From a virus (Duplodnaviria; Heunggongvirae; Uroviricota; Caudoviricetes), in IMG/VR virus record IMGVR_UViG_2721755728_000004: a DNA stretch of 49,782 bases. One strand, 5' to 3'. The translations under genes were made by a program, and so were the position numbers. Shown here piece by piece: positions 13,740 through 23,630 of the stretch. Below the pieces are notes generated by a model. It saw only the letters and a list, made by a program, of their open reading frames with translations, did not search any database and was not told where the DNA came from. Every line of letters begins with the position of its first letter. The first letter of the stretch is position 1.

Positions 13740-13902
13740 TCGCCACCTCTTCCCTAACACCTTTTGCCAGCAAACGAACAATTGCAGAGTTCAGAGATAT
13801 ACAGTCCATTTCCGCCAGGCGGCGAAGGTCTTCATTCAGCCGTGATGGAAGGCGAAGGTTGAGTTTGATATTTTTGCGCTCAGTGAAAAGTGTATCTTGC
13901 AT
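13729..13902 (-). CDS. Arc-like ribbon-helix-helix repressor (57 aa)
   Basis: ORF below the 60-aa track cutoff, found by hand: MQDTLFTERKNIKLNLRLPSRLNEDLRRLAEMDCISLNSAIVRLLAKGVREEVANGR. RBS AAGGAG upstream; stop overlaps the ant start; RHH pattern like P22 Arc. Confidence 0.6.
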   Translation of the reverse strand: MQDTLFTERKNIKLNLRLPSRLNEDLRRLAEMDCISLNSAIVRLLAKGVREEVANGR

Positions 13903-14008
13903 TATCTAATCTCCTTTATTTGGTGCCAAAGTGACGCCATGAAGGCCATAATGCCACCATTGAAATCGTATGGCAATATGGCACCATGATTTTTTTGAGA
14001 GATTTGCA

Positions 14009-14329
14009 ATGGCCGAAAAACAAGTAAAAGACTACGACAAGTTCAACCTCCGTTTTCCTGACGGAATGCGAGATGCTATAGCTGAACGAGCCAAACGAAA
14101 CGGGCGCTCTATGAACTCAGAGATTGTTCAGATACTGGAAGATGCCTTGAATGCAGAAAATACTCTTGGGGAAATAGCAGACAAAATCAACAGCGTCTCG
14201 GTTCCGCTAAATGTTGATGCGCTAGTTCAACTTCAAGCCCAAGTGATCGCCATGCAAAAAGAAATACAGGAAAAGTTCAGAGAGCAGAACGAAAAGTTGA
14301 GAGAACTGCTAAACAAAAAACCCACCTGA
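14009..14329 (+). CDS. Mnt-like ribbon-helix-helix repressor
   Basis: FNLRFPDGMRDAIAERAKRNGRSMNSEIVQILEDAL closely resembles the P22 Mnt N-terminus; transcribed divergently from arc-ant. Confidence 0.65.
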   Translation: MAEKQVKDYDKFNLRFPDGMRDAIAERAKRNGRSMNSEIVQILEDALNAENTLGEIADKINSVSVPLNVDALVQLQAQVIAMQKEIQEKFREQNEKLRELLNKKPT

Positions 14330-14348
14330 CGGTGGGCATAATCCATTA

Positions 14349-15044
14349 CTACGAAAGTTTGTTAATGGAAAGGAAGCCGCCAAAGTTGCCGACGTTATTG
14401 CGGAACTTACAACCGCTCAGGCATTTGCTGCATTTATCCTTCGTGATATCGGACGTTGGCTGGTCATATTCATCCGCGACAGCCGGACCGTGATAACCGC
14501 ACTCATCGCCGCGATAGGTCCAGGTGCAGGTGTTGGCCAGCATGATACGTCCCGGAAAAACAGCGCCGTCCGTTTCCGTCGGCGTGGACAGTACAAAAGA
14601 GGCACTCACCGCGCTCAGTTCGCTGCACTGCTCAATGCGCCAGCGGCTGATCACCTCCTGCTCCGGATCGGCGTCACTGTTTCCGTTGACGAAGTTCACC
14701 GCATCCAGAAAACGGGCGTAAACCTTACGCCGGACCACCGTTCCGCCGACCAGACTCTGCAGGTCTTTCGCCATCCCGGTGACCATGCCGTGCAGGTTAG
14801 CAACCGTCAGTGTCGGACGGGCAGCACTGCCCTTGCCATTCAGTTCAAATCCCGTCCCCTGAATGGGGTATGCCTGATACTGCCGCCCCTGCCAGGTAAC
14901 CGGCTCACCTTTTTCGTTCTGCTCATTACAGAAAAAATAACGTTCACCACCGACCACTGTCAGATCGATTTCCCAGAGCACCACCTGGGCTGACTGAGTG
15001 AGGCGTGTCGTCTCATGATGTGTTTCCTGTGGAATATCCAGCAT
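14349..15044 (-). CDS. Minor tail protein L
   Basis: 231 aa, lambda L-like. Confidence 0.9.
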   Translation of the reverse strand: MLDIPQETHHETTRLTQSAQVVLWEIDLTVVGGERYFFCNEQNEKGEPVTWQGRQYQAYPIQGTGFELNGKGSAARPTLTVANLHGMVTGMAKDLQSLVGGTVVRRKVYARFLDAVNFVNGNSDADPEQEVISRWRIEQCSELSAVSASFVLSTPTETDGAVFPGRIMLANTCTWTYRGDECGYHGPAVADEYDQPTSDITKDKCSKCLSGCKFRNNVGNFGGFLSINKLS

Positions 15045-15053
15045 CAGAGACTC

Positions 15054-15383
15054 CTATGCCACGACCTGTTCAAAATCTGCCGTTATGGTTATCCACAGCG
15101 CCCCCACGCTTGCCGACCATTTACGACAAACCACCCTGATCGGCTTCCAGTCATAAGGTGGCGTCCACTGAAATGCGCGGACGCCACCGTGCCGTTCCAG
15201 AAAGGCTTTTAAAGATGGGTGTTCACATTTACGAACACGTATCGTCACGCTGTAAATCGACAACTGGTTATTCAGTCCCGCCGCACGACGCTGTTCATAA
15301 CCATCGCCCAGCTTCACTGTCACCACTTTCGGCTCTGATACCACATTCATATCCGGGCGCACTTTCCAGTGAAACGTCTCCAT
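15054..15383 (-). CDS. Minor tail protein M
   Basis: 109 aa, same length as lambda M, M-like sequence. Confidence 0.9.
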   Translation of the reverse strand: METFHWKVRPDMNVVSEPKVVTVKLGDGYEQRRAAGLNNQLSIYSVTIRVRKCEHPSLKAFLERHGGVRAFQWTPPYDWKPIRVVCRKWSASVGALWITITADFEQVVA

Positions 15384-18300
15384 TACCGATATGCTCCACT
15401 TAACCGACCACCATCACGGGCCTGCTGTTGCATAAAGTCCGCTGCCGCTTTTTTCCCGAGGTCATAAACCACCTTCAGGGCAGCCGGACCTATCTGCCCG
15501 TTCGTGCCATCGTTATTGATCTCGATGTTGTACTGCGGGGCAAACATCGCCATACCTGAACCACCAATATCCGCCACAACCCCCAGCTTACCGTCAGCAC
15601 CACGACGCAGTGGCAGAATGGCTTCAGGTCCCGCTTCCCCCATCACACCCGCGCCTTTTGCAAAAGCAAAAAACGTCGGACGGTTAACCACCGTGCCACT
15701 GTAACGACTCAAATCAGCAGACTGATAAATCCCCCCATTGGCATTCAGGGAAAGGCTGCTGAGATCAAATCCCAGTACACTGCCAATCCCTTTTATCGAT
15801 TTCATCATGGTTGCCTGCGCCAGAATTTTCGCCATATCTGACAGCACAGAAGAGGTGAAGGATTTGAAATTGAGTTTGCCGGTAGTGACAAAAGTTGCCA
15901 GGCCATTTCCCATGTTGCTGAAGGCTGACGAGAACACCTGTTCTGCTGTTCCTGCCGTATTATCTGCATCCACGGTAAAATCCTGAAATGCACGCAGGAC
16001 TCCGTTTTTCCAGTTACCCTGCACAACTTCAAGCTGTTGCCAGTAACGGCGATTCTCATTCAGTTGTCGGTTCAGGCTCTCCGTCAGCGCCTGCTCGGCC
16101 TTTCTGTAGTCATCCGTGTTATATGTCCCTTTCTGCTCACTATCCCGCCTCAACTGCTCCAGCTGTTGCTGGTATTTCTGGCGAAGACTCAGTTGTACCT
16201 GATATCGCTGCCGCTGCTGATCACCCATACCCACCGTGGCGATATCCAGGTCATGTTGCTGACGCTGAGCGCGCTCTTCTTCAGCCAGTTGACTGGTCAG
16301 CTGAATTGTTTTTTTCTTCAGATCGTTGAGTGCCGTCTGTTTCTGAAGCTCCTGCTGTTTTACATCCAGCAGCGTCAGTGCCTGAATCAGTTCATCTTTA
16401 CGGGCCAGCACACTCTTTTCATCTGCCGTCAGTTTTTTCCCGTCCAGATCGCTGATGCGCTGCTGCAGAGCCAGAAGCTGTTTATGCGCTTCTGTCATCT
16501 TTTCAGTGGCAATGCCTGCTGACTGTCTTGCAGCAGCAATCTGTCCTTCCACCTGTGCCTGTTGCTGACTGTACTGCAGCAATAACCGGGTGGCCTCATC
16601 ATTACGGGTTTCGCGTGTTTTTTTCTTACCGGATGCCAGGGCTTTCTCGTAACGTTCATTTTCACGTTGTATCGCTGCATCCCTGACAGCCTGATCGGCG
16701 TACTGCATGGAATTAATACGCGCAATTTCACGCTGATGTCGTGCTGCTTCCGTTTCATTCATCCGGTTCAGTGCAGCATTTTCAGCATTACGTCGTTTCT
16801 GTTGCTCCTGATAATTCCGCTCTGCCTGCTCTTTTGCATCCTGCAAATCCTTCTGGCGTTTTTTCTCCTGAAGATCGTTAAGACGCTGCTGATCGTATTC
16901 AACCTGAGAAGATGATGCCGTCCAGGGGAGTCTTTTCGCCCGCGACACTTTCTCCTGTAAAGCGGCAATCTGTTCATCCAGCGAGTCTTCACGACCAATA
17001 TTCATGGCCGCATCCCAGAAACGACTCCACAAATCAGACAGATACTTCAGCGTACTGCCAAGCGCATTGAGGTTATTATCAATATCCGCAGTACGCCGAC
17101 CGGTTTCCTCTGCCAGTGCAGACATGGCTATCCGTGCAGCATCACTGGACCGTCCCTGATCCCCAAGGACACGTATCTGCTCAAGCTGAGTGGCAGTAAG
17201 AAAATGCAGCTCATTGTCCAGAGCCTTCGCGGCATTTACAGGATCATCCTTCAGCCGCTTAAACTGATTTATGGTATCGCTGACCGACTGGCCAACCGAT
17301 CGCTCCATCTGTGCGGCAGCTCTCGCCACCATACCGATATCGTTTCCACGAAATGCACCACTCCCCACCACCTGAGCCAGCGCACCGGCTGCAGCATGTT
17401 GCGTGATACCATTCCCGGAAATAGCACGACTGAGCGTCCACAGCTGCCCGGCAGTGACTCCGGCATAATGCCCCGTCAGCGACAACTGGCGGTTAAATTC
17501 TTCCCCCTCCTTCTGACCGTCATACCAGGCTTTACCCAGACCATAGACGGCCGCGGCAATACCGCCAATAACCCCGCCAAGCATCATGCCTTTCGGTGAC
17601 ATCAGTGTGTCTATCCATCCGGCACGGTTAGCCAGCGTTATCCCGGATCCCCTCAGCGCCCCTAAATTGCCGCGGGCCAGTTCACCTATCAGAACGCCTA
17701 TCTCCTGGCGGGCTGCTGCACTTTTCAGACCCAGCGAATGCGTGGCTTTTCCTGCCTGCTCCATTTTGCGGATATACACTTCTGCAGCACTGCTTACCCC
17801 CAACTGGGCTGCCTTAGCACGAAGCAACTCAGAAGATGAAAGATTCAGGCGGGTTGCCTGCTCTTTAAGCTGACGGATAAACGCCACTTTCTGTCGGGTA
17901 GCCTCTTCCTCAGCCTGTGTAAGAACACGGGTTTTCGCAGTAACCTCAGAAATCAGCGCCAGATAATCCTGCTGACCAATCCCGCCACTGTTTCTGGCCT
18001 GTCGGATCTGCTGCTGAATACGCTGTAATTCCTGCAGCCCCGCACTGGCCTGTTTCACACTGTCAATCTGACGATAAAACGCAGCAGCCGCTTTATCCTG
18101 AGCCTCCGCCAGAGCCATGGCCTGCGCCTGTTCCTCGCGCATTTTCTGGCTCAGTGCCTCCATGCGCTGGCGGGTTTTCTCCACCTCGCGGGCCATGCGT
18201 TCATGAGCCTGTGCGTTCTTCTCCACCGTCTGCGCATGGACGGATGCGGCTGTTGCAGCCGAAGAAGCTGCCTGCGTTGTCTGCCGGGCGGCCTGAGTCT

Positions 18301-18448
18301 GACGCTCCATAAAACGCTGCATACGGGCAGAAGACCGTTCTGCATCGCTGGCTGCACCATTCAGAAGGTTTTTGATACGGGGAATTTCATTTTTAAACTC
18401 TGCCGCATCAATCCCCAAATCAATGACCAGGTTGGCTATCTGGTCCAT
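15383..18448 (-). CDS. Tail tape measure protein H
   Basis: About 1020 aa, coiled-coil rich, between T and M; start taken at MDQIANLVIDLG. Confidence 0.9.
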   Translation of the reverse strand: MDQIANLVIDLGIDAAEFKNEIPRIKNLLNGAASDAERSSARMQRFMERQTQAARQTTQAASSAATAASVHAQTVEKNAQAHERMAREVEKTRQRMEALSQKMREEQAQAMALAEAQDKAAAAFYRQIDSVKQASAGLQELQRIQQQIRQARNSGGIGQQDYLALISEVTAKTRVLTQAEEEATRQKVAFIRQLKEQATRLNLSSSELLRAKAAQLGVSSAAEVYIRKMEQAGKATHSLGLKSAAARQEIGVLIGELARGNLGALRGSGITLANRAGWIDTLMSPKGMMLGGVIGGIAAAVYGLGKAWYDGQKEGEEFNRQLSLTGHYAGVTAGQLWTLSRAISGNGITQHAAAGALAQVVGSGAFRGNDIGMVARAAAQMERSVGQSVSDTINQFKRLKDDPVNAAKALDNELHFLTATQLEQIRVLGDQGRSSDAARIAMSALAEETGRRTADIDNNLNALGSTLKYLSDLWSRFWDAAMNIGREDSLDEQIAALQEKVSRAKRLPWTASSSQVEYDQQRLNDLQEKKRQKDLQDAKEQAERNYQEQQKRRNAENAALNRMNETEAARHQREIARINSMQYADQAVRDAAIQRENERYEKALASGKKKTRETRNDEATRLLLQYSQQQAQVEGQIAAARQSAGIATEKMTEAHKQLLALQQRISDLDGKKLTADEKSVLARKDELIQALTLLDVKQQELQKQTALNDLKKKTIQLTSQLAEEERAQRQQHDLDIATVGMGDQQRQRYQVQLSLRQKYQQQLEQLRRDSEQKGTYNTDDYRKAEQALTESLNRQLNENRRYWQQLEVVQGNWKNGVLRAFQDFTVDADNTAGTAEQVFSSAFSNMGNGLATFVTTGKLNFKSFTSSVLSDMAKILAQATMMKSIKGIGSVLGFDLSSLSLNANGGIYQSADLSRYSGTVVNRPTFFAFAKGAGVMGEAGPEAILPLRRGADGKLGVVADIGGSGMAMFAPQYNIEINNDGTNGQIGPAALKVVYDLGKKAAADFMQQQARDGGRLSGAYR

Positions 18449-18770
18449 AACGCACACCTCCGGAAATACCTTCCCCAAGATGCATCAGTTCTTCGTCCGT
18501 TCGCTCCGGTATCCCGTTCTCTTCCGGTAAAAGGCTGAAATCAGCCACCGCAGCATCACTGCTGCCGGACACCATTCTCACGATCAATGCCTTCAGCGAG
18601 GCAAACTGTGCATCCATCCACACATCACTGAAGCTCTGCATCCGGAAATAATCGCCCCACTCACCAAGCTCAGTGGCAGACATTTCCGACAGCATCCGCC
18701 GCCAGTCTGCCCGCCGGAACTCCCGGGCAAGCCGCATGACAAACTGCATTTCCCGCGTCAGGACTTTTCC
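18420..18770 (-). CDS. Tail assembly chaperone T segment (expressed as G-T fusion by -1 frameshift)
   Basis: The frame at -1 relative to G is open from the end of G to the stop at 18420; arrangement is identical to lambda G/G-T. Confidence 0.55.
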   Translation of the reverse strand, partial: GKVLTREMQFVMRLAREFRRADWRRMLSEMSATELGEWGDYFRMQSFSDVWMDAQFASLKALIVRMVSGSSDAAVADFSLLPEENGIPERTDEELMHLGEGISGGVRYGPDSQPGH

Positions 18771-19144
18771 GGCGTCAGCGCCTCATGCTCATCATCCACG
18801 GCATTATCAATGGCCCCCATACCGCTCAGCGACAGAACCATCTCCGCCCCCGCACCCAGGGCATCATACGACCATGTTGTAATAACGGATGCGCAAAGCG
18901 TCTCTACATCCTTAGACTGATCCGCATTCCACAGTGAGCGGGAAACCAGCCAGGCATTGATATCCATCCCCATCCGCAGAAAAGCAATCTGTCGTTCAGC
19001 CTCCGGCAGTTCTCCCTCCCCGGCATCAAACTTTGCCGTTCGCTGCTGAACAAACGTCAGATATTCAATTCTCTGCAGCCCGGACAGCTCACTGAGCACC
19101 ACGGACTGTTTTTCATAATTAAACGTGTCCTGTTTCAGAAACAT
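18758..19144 (-). CDS. Tail assembly chaperone G
   Basis: Starts MFLKQDTF.. like lambda G (MFLKTESF..); about 128 aa. Confidence 0.8.
   Translation of the reverse strand: MFLKQDTFNYEKQSVVLSELSGLQRIEYLTFVQQRTAKFDAGEGELPEAERQIAFLRMGMDINAWLVSRSLWNADQSKDVETLCASVITTWSYDALGAGAEMVLSLSGMGAIDNAVDDEHEALTPEKS
18764..18770 (-). promoter_or_regulatory. Candidate -1 programmed frameshift site (G GAA AAG) for G-T
   Basis: Heptamer G_GAA_AAG three codons before the G stop, with the -1 frame open into T; lambda uses G_GGA_AAG at the equivalent place. Confidence 0.35.
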
Positions 19145-19204
19145 CATGTTCTCCACCTGCAAAAAAGCCCCGCATAACCGGGGCAAATGATGAGTATCGT
19201 CCTG

Positions 19205-19948
19205 TTAACCTGCTGCGCTGACAGTCACCGCAGTCACAGCCACAAAATTCCCGTCAGCGGTCATGCCCACAATGCTGACACTGCCCTGCTTCACGCCTTT
19301 TACCGTGGCCACAAGTCCGTTCAGGGTAACCGTGGCAGTCTGTGGATCTGACGAATGCACACTGATCGCTTTGTCACTGGCTCCGTCAGGTTTTACTGTA
19401 AAGGTCAGCGTGGTGGTTGCTCCCACTTTTACACTGGCAGACGCCGGTGATACTGTCAGCCCGGTAACGCTCACGGTTTCAGTGCCTTCCTCTGCCAGAT
19501 ACGGACGCCCCACACCGCTGATTTTCACAGTGCGGGTCATCACGTCTTTTGAGGCAATGGTTTTACCCAGTGAGCTCAGCCAGCCACGGAAAACATCAAC
19601 AGTGCCGTTGGGATATTTGATACGAAACGCGCAGACTTCACCGGAGTCGAACAACTGAACCAGTTTTTTCTGCCCGCTGTCACCCGGACGCCAGGCCAGC
19701 GTCGCCGAAGTATCACCAACGGATTTCTGCCCCTGGGTTGTCGTTTTCCAGTCTGCATCTTCATCATCGAGATAAGTGTCATCTTCTGCATCAGCGGTCA
19801 TTTCGCCAGGTTGCAGATCCTTCACCATCGCAAGACGCAGCCAGTCAGTGTCCGACAAAGGGTTCGCAAACGCATCGCCGTTGCCGGTATACATCCAGAA
19901 CGTCGTCCCCGCACCTTTCGTCTTTGCCAGTGGATTTGGTGTGGTCAT
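19205..19948 (-). CDS. Major tail protein V (C-terminal Ig-like domain)
   Basis: 247 aa from ATG at 19948, preceded by a strong RBS (AAGGAGGTG). Confidence 0.9.
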   Translation of the reverse strand: MTTPNPLAKTKGAGTTFWMYTGNGDAFANPLSDTDWLRLAMVKDLQPGEMTADAEDDTYLDDEDADWKTTTQGQKSVGDTSATLAWRPGDSGQKKLVQLFDSGEVCAFRIKYPNGTVDVFRGWLSSLGKTIASKDVMTRTVKISGVGRPYLAEEGTETVSVTGLTVSPASASVKVGATTTLTFTVKPDGASDKAISVHSSDPQTATVTLNGLVATVKGVKQGSVSIVGMTADGNFVAVTAVTVSAAG

Positions 19949-19958
19949 TACCACCTCC

Positions 19959-20360
19959 TTAATTCGTGTACGTGATCTGGTACGTGATTTCCGCCATCGC
20001 CCAGGTGGCCATCTCATTATCACGTTGATAGTTAAAACCGAGTGGGATCAGGGTGTCGATGAGTCCGGAAAGTGCCGGTATATCATTCAGGGCAGGGAAA
20101 ATGGTGCTCTCCATCCACATATCCAGCTCTGAATCCGGTGCCTGTGCCCGGATGAAGACGGCAATATGCAGAACAGCCTGCCAGTCATCTTCATCCGTCA
20201 TTTTTCCGGTGTACTGAGCATCACTCAGCCACACCGCCACGGCAGGCAGTTCCTGCGCATCAATAAATGCCGGAAGCCCGTCAAAAAACGTGGCGCTGTC
20301 TCCACACTGTTCCCGAAGGCGTGCCAGTACGGCCTGGCGGATTTGTGTATGTCGGTTCAT
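19959..20360 (-). CDS. Tail terminator protein U
   Basis: Lambda U-like (ATFFDG..PAVAV..DSELD.WMES..); start overlaps the Z stop (ATGA). Confidence 0.85.
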   Translation of the reverse strand: MNRHTQIRQAVLARLREQCGDSATFFDGLPAFIDAQELPAVAVWLSDAQYTGKMTDEDDWQAVLHIAVFIRAQAPDSELDMWMESTIFPALNDIPALSGLIDTLIPLGFNYQRDNEMATWAMAEITYQITYTN

Positions 20361-20935
20361 CGGGTCAGCCATAACCTCAGTTGTTGTTTCAGTGCATACC
20401 CAAGCTGTTTCGGCATTTCCGCAGCAATGATGTGGTCGCGGGCATCTTCAAATGCCTGTGTCAGCGGTCCGGACAGCGGGATTTTCACCACATCAATGGG
20501 GTAACGATTTTTGCCATCAATACGTCGCATCACATGCCAGCGACCATTCGCCAGTTGCTGAATAAACGCATCCCGGAAAAGATATTTACCCACCTTCAGC
20601 ACACTGCCACGGTACTGCAGTTTTCCACCACGCCGGGCCAGTCTGACCCGGGCTGTCCCCAGCTTAATGGCGGGCAGATTGCCCCGGTTAACGCGGATCC
20701 TGGCCGTCATTTTTCCTGACGGACTGGCTTTAAACACCCGGACACGCTGACGTACCAGTTTCAGGGGGATCCCTTTCACCTGGTTATCTCCCGCAACGGT
20801 ATTCCCGGCAACCTGCCGGGTGGCAACCGAGACCGCTTTCTGTGCCAAACGGTTTATCGCCCATGCGCTGGCCTGTGGCACCATACGGGTATCAAGGCTG
20901 TTCAGATTGCGGATGGCATTCTCAAGCCCCTTCAT
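20357..20935 (-). CDS. Tail completion protein Z
   Basis: 192 aa, same length as lambda Z. Confidence 0.85.
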   Translation of the reverse strand: MKGLENAIRNLNSLDTRMVPQASAWAINRLAQKAVSVATRQVAGNTVAGDNQVKGIPLKLVRQRVRVFKASPSGKMTARIRVNRGNLPAIKLGTARVRLARRGGKLQYRGSVLKVGKYLFRDAFIQQLANGRWHVMRRIDGKNRYPIDVVKIPLSGPLTQAFEDARDHIIAAEMPKQLGYALKQQLRLWLTR

Positions 20936-20946
20936 CCCACACCTCT

Positions 20947-21222
20947 TTACTCAATAAAGATCATTGGCTTACTGTTAAAACGTTCATGCCGTGTGACCGT
21001 CCATTGTTGTCCGTCATAAACAACGCGATCCCCGCGCCGTGGGCGGTATCCCGAAGAAAACACCACCAGAGAGACCGCAGGTCCGGACAGAGCATTCAGC
21101 TCTGCCAGTGTTTCTCCCGGGATCACAGTCATATCGACATCATTAATCGAGGCTGTCTTTCCCATCTTTCTGACCGTGATCGCATCCATACGCGCTGCCA
21201 GCCGGGAAAAGGGATCAGACAT
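20947..21222 (-). CDS. Head-tail joining protein (FII-like)
   Basis: 91 aa between the head genes and Z; RRGD..W.V motif reminiscent of lambda FII. Confidence 0.55.
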   Translation of the reverse strand: MSDPFSRLAARMDAITVRKMGKTASINDVDMTVIPGETLAELNALSGPAVSLVVFSSGYRPRRGDRVVYDGQQWTVTRHERFNSKPMIFIE

Positions 21223-21299
21223 TGAGTTTTACCGGCACTTCTTCTGCACTGGTTCCGGCATCTGCCCATACAACCCCGACCAGCGGATCAGAGCCGCTG

Positions 21300-21539
21300 T
21301 TAGTCAAGCTGAACTTTTCCTGACTTCAGATAAACCTTCTTACCCGTTTTCATGTCATCCGTTTTCAGCTTAGGCAGCATAAACACACCTTCGGTTATGC
21401 CGTCGCCTGTTTCTCCCTGTGGAATATCGGTCAGCGCCACCGCAAAAACATCACCCACCTGCACCAGATCTCCGCTGCTGATGGCTGCACTGGCAACAAT
21501 CGCCACCGTTTTTCCTTCTTCTACAAAATTCTTTGCCAT
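21300..21539 (-). CDS. Hypothetical head-tail region protein
   Basis: 79 aa from MAKNFVEEGK..; sits between the capsid gene and FII-like gene; function not recognised. Confidence 0.4.
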   Translation of the reverse strand: MAKNFVEEGKTVAIVASAAISSGDLVQVGDVFAVALTDIPQGETGDGITEGVFMLPKLKTDDMKTGKKVYLKSGKVQLD

Positions 21540-21625
21540 AACTGTCTCCGCACAGCCCCGTTCAGGGGCTGATTTCAGGTACAAAAAAAGCCCTTACGGG
21601 CCATCAGAGTTGTTGTCTGCGACGT

Positions 21626-23584
21626 TTACGCCGTACATTTCACCAGACCGCGGTGATCAACTGGCGCGACACCGGCGTCAATACGCACTTTCGTTGTCAC
21701 GCCATCCACACTGAAGCCCTCCATCTGATCAATATATGGCGTATCCACACCGTTGAGATAAGCCACTTCAATCGTATCGGAGCCTTTGGACGCAGCCAGG
21801 TAGAAGGTGGTCTGGCTGTTATCATCAAGACGAGGCTCTGCAATAACGGTCGCAAAATCTTTCACCGGGTTAATAATACCGGCGTTAATGTCAGCCCCCT
21901 TGACACTTGAGGAGCGAATGACCTGGTTAGCAACAGACTCCATCGCCGTCGGTACCAGTACGAACGCAGGACGAATATTCAGATGACGCTCACCCTCTTT
22001 CTGAACGCGCATCAACTGGCGGGCTTTATCCAGCGATGCCACGTCCATTGCCGCGCTCTCCAGTACGTTTGCATGTTTCGCTTTATCGAACAGACTTACA
22101 TTATCTGTGGAGATTTTCGGGTTAGACGTCAGAATGGCATAAACCAGATCGGCAATAGTGGATTTCGCCGCACGGCCCAGCTTCATCGGGACATCGGTCA
22201 GCATATTCAGATCATCATTGATAATGGCCTGACGGGTGATACTGAACAGCTCGCCATAGGTCGCCAGTGCAATAGTGGCCTGTTTATCTCCGGTGGTGAC
22301 GTATTTATATTCTGCCCCTTCACGCACCTGACGCAGAGCACTGAAGCCCCCCATACCCACACGATGGGCAATTTTAAAATCAGACAACTGACCTTTCCGC
22401 GTCCACTGTTCATAGGTTTCAGGGGCATCTTCCCAGCCCTGCAGAATGGCTTTGTTCGCAACATCCAGCAGAATATTACCGAAGTCAGACGTACTGTGTG
22501 TGAACGCCGCACCGACCATCTGCATCGGGTTATAACTGGAAACACCAATACCCCGTTCAGTCAGTGACATACGGGCATATTCACGCAGGGTCATCCCGTT
22601 GTAGACATTATCACGTTCAGTTTTTTCAAACCCGGCGCGCGCCATCAGCGCCTGGCGGATCCCGTCCCCCACAAAATTACCGTTACCGGCATAAATATGA
22701 GCCGGGGTATTTTTATTGGATGGAGTGGATTCGCGCCCCATCTCGTTCAACAGCTTTTCGCGGGCCTGCTCCAGCGAACATTCAGGATCGGCAAGACACT
22801 GAGCCTGCAGCGTCTGATAACGCCCGCCAAACATGGCAAACAGATCATTAATACCGTTTACACGCGCTTTTTGCTCTGCCAGTACCTGCGCACGGATACT
22901 GTTTTCATCCACCACGGGTGCTGCTGCCTGCACTGGCGTCCGGGAGGCTGCAGGTTCATCATCCTGTACGCGTGGAGCACTGTTGCGTGGCGGAGTAATC
23001 ATGTTTCGAATGGATTCCGGCATCTTTTTAAATTCCTCTGTACGTTTTGACTGAATACATGCCATTGCCTTAACGGCTGGCGTCACCTGATCAGCAAATC
23101 CATGTGCCAGACATTCGGCACCGGACATCCAGGTCTCATCCGCCAGCATGGCAGCAATTTCATCGGTGGTTTTCCCGGTTTTCTGTGCATAAGCGGGTAA
23201 CAGAACCGCCTCAACTTTATCGAGCAGGTCGGCATAGGTGCGCATGTCCTCCGCATCACCGCCCGTAAAGCCAAATGGTTTATGAATCATCATGAAGGAG
23301 TTTTCCGGCATAATGACCGGGTTTCCCACCATCGCAATGACCGACGCCATTGACGCCGCCACACCGTCGACATAAACGGTAATGGACGCACCATGTGTTT
23401 TCAGTGCATTAAAAATGGCGATGCCTTCAAAGACATCGCCACCCGGTGAATTGATATGGAGATTAATGTGGGTGATATCGCCCAGTGCATTCAGATCACT
23501 GATAAACTGCTTCGCCGTAACACCCCAGAAACCAATCTCGTCATAAATATAAATATCCGCGTCACTCTGGTGACCAGCCTGCAT
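21626..23584 (-). CDS. Prohead protease (ClpP/S49-like) fused to major capsid protein
   Basis: N-terminal peptidase motifs (NSPGGDVFEG, GVAASMAS) followed by a capsid-like C-terminal half in one about 652-aa frame from ATG at 23584. Confidence 0.8.
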   Translation of the reverse strand: MQAGHQSDADIYIYDEIGFWGVTAKQFISDLNALGDITHINLHINSPGGDVFEGIAIFNALKTHGASITVYVDGVAASMASVIAMVGNPVIMPENSFMMIHKPFGFTGGDAEDMRTYADLLDKVEAVLLPAYAQKTGKTTDEIAAMLADETWMSGAECLAHGFADQVTPAVKAMACIQSKRTEEFKKMPESIRNMITPPRNSAPRVQDDEPAASRTPVQAAAPVVDENSIRAQVLAEQKARVNGINDLFAMFGGRYQTLQAQCLADPECSLEQAREKLLNEMGRESTPSNKNTPAHIYAGNGNFVGDGIRQALMARAGFEKTERDNVYNGMTLREYARMSLTERGIGVSSYNPMQMVGAAFTHSTSDFGNILLDVANKAILQGWEDAPETYEQWTRKGQLSDFKIAHRVGMGGFSALRQVREGAEYKYVTTGDKQATIALATYGELFSITRQAIINDDLNMLTDVPMKLGRAAKSTIADLVYAILTSNPKISTDNVSLFDKAKHANVLESAAMDVASLDKARQLMRVQKEGERHLNIRPAFVLVPTAMESVANQVIRSSSVKGADINAGIINPVKDFATVIAEPRLDDNSQTTFYLAASKGSDTIEVAYLNGVDTPYIDQMEGFSVDGVTTKVRIDAGVAPVDHRGLVKCTA

Positions 23585-23630
23585 CCTGAACCAGGAATTA
23601 TTCTTCGGACTGGTCGTCGGTGTACTGCGG

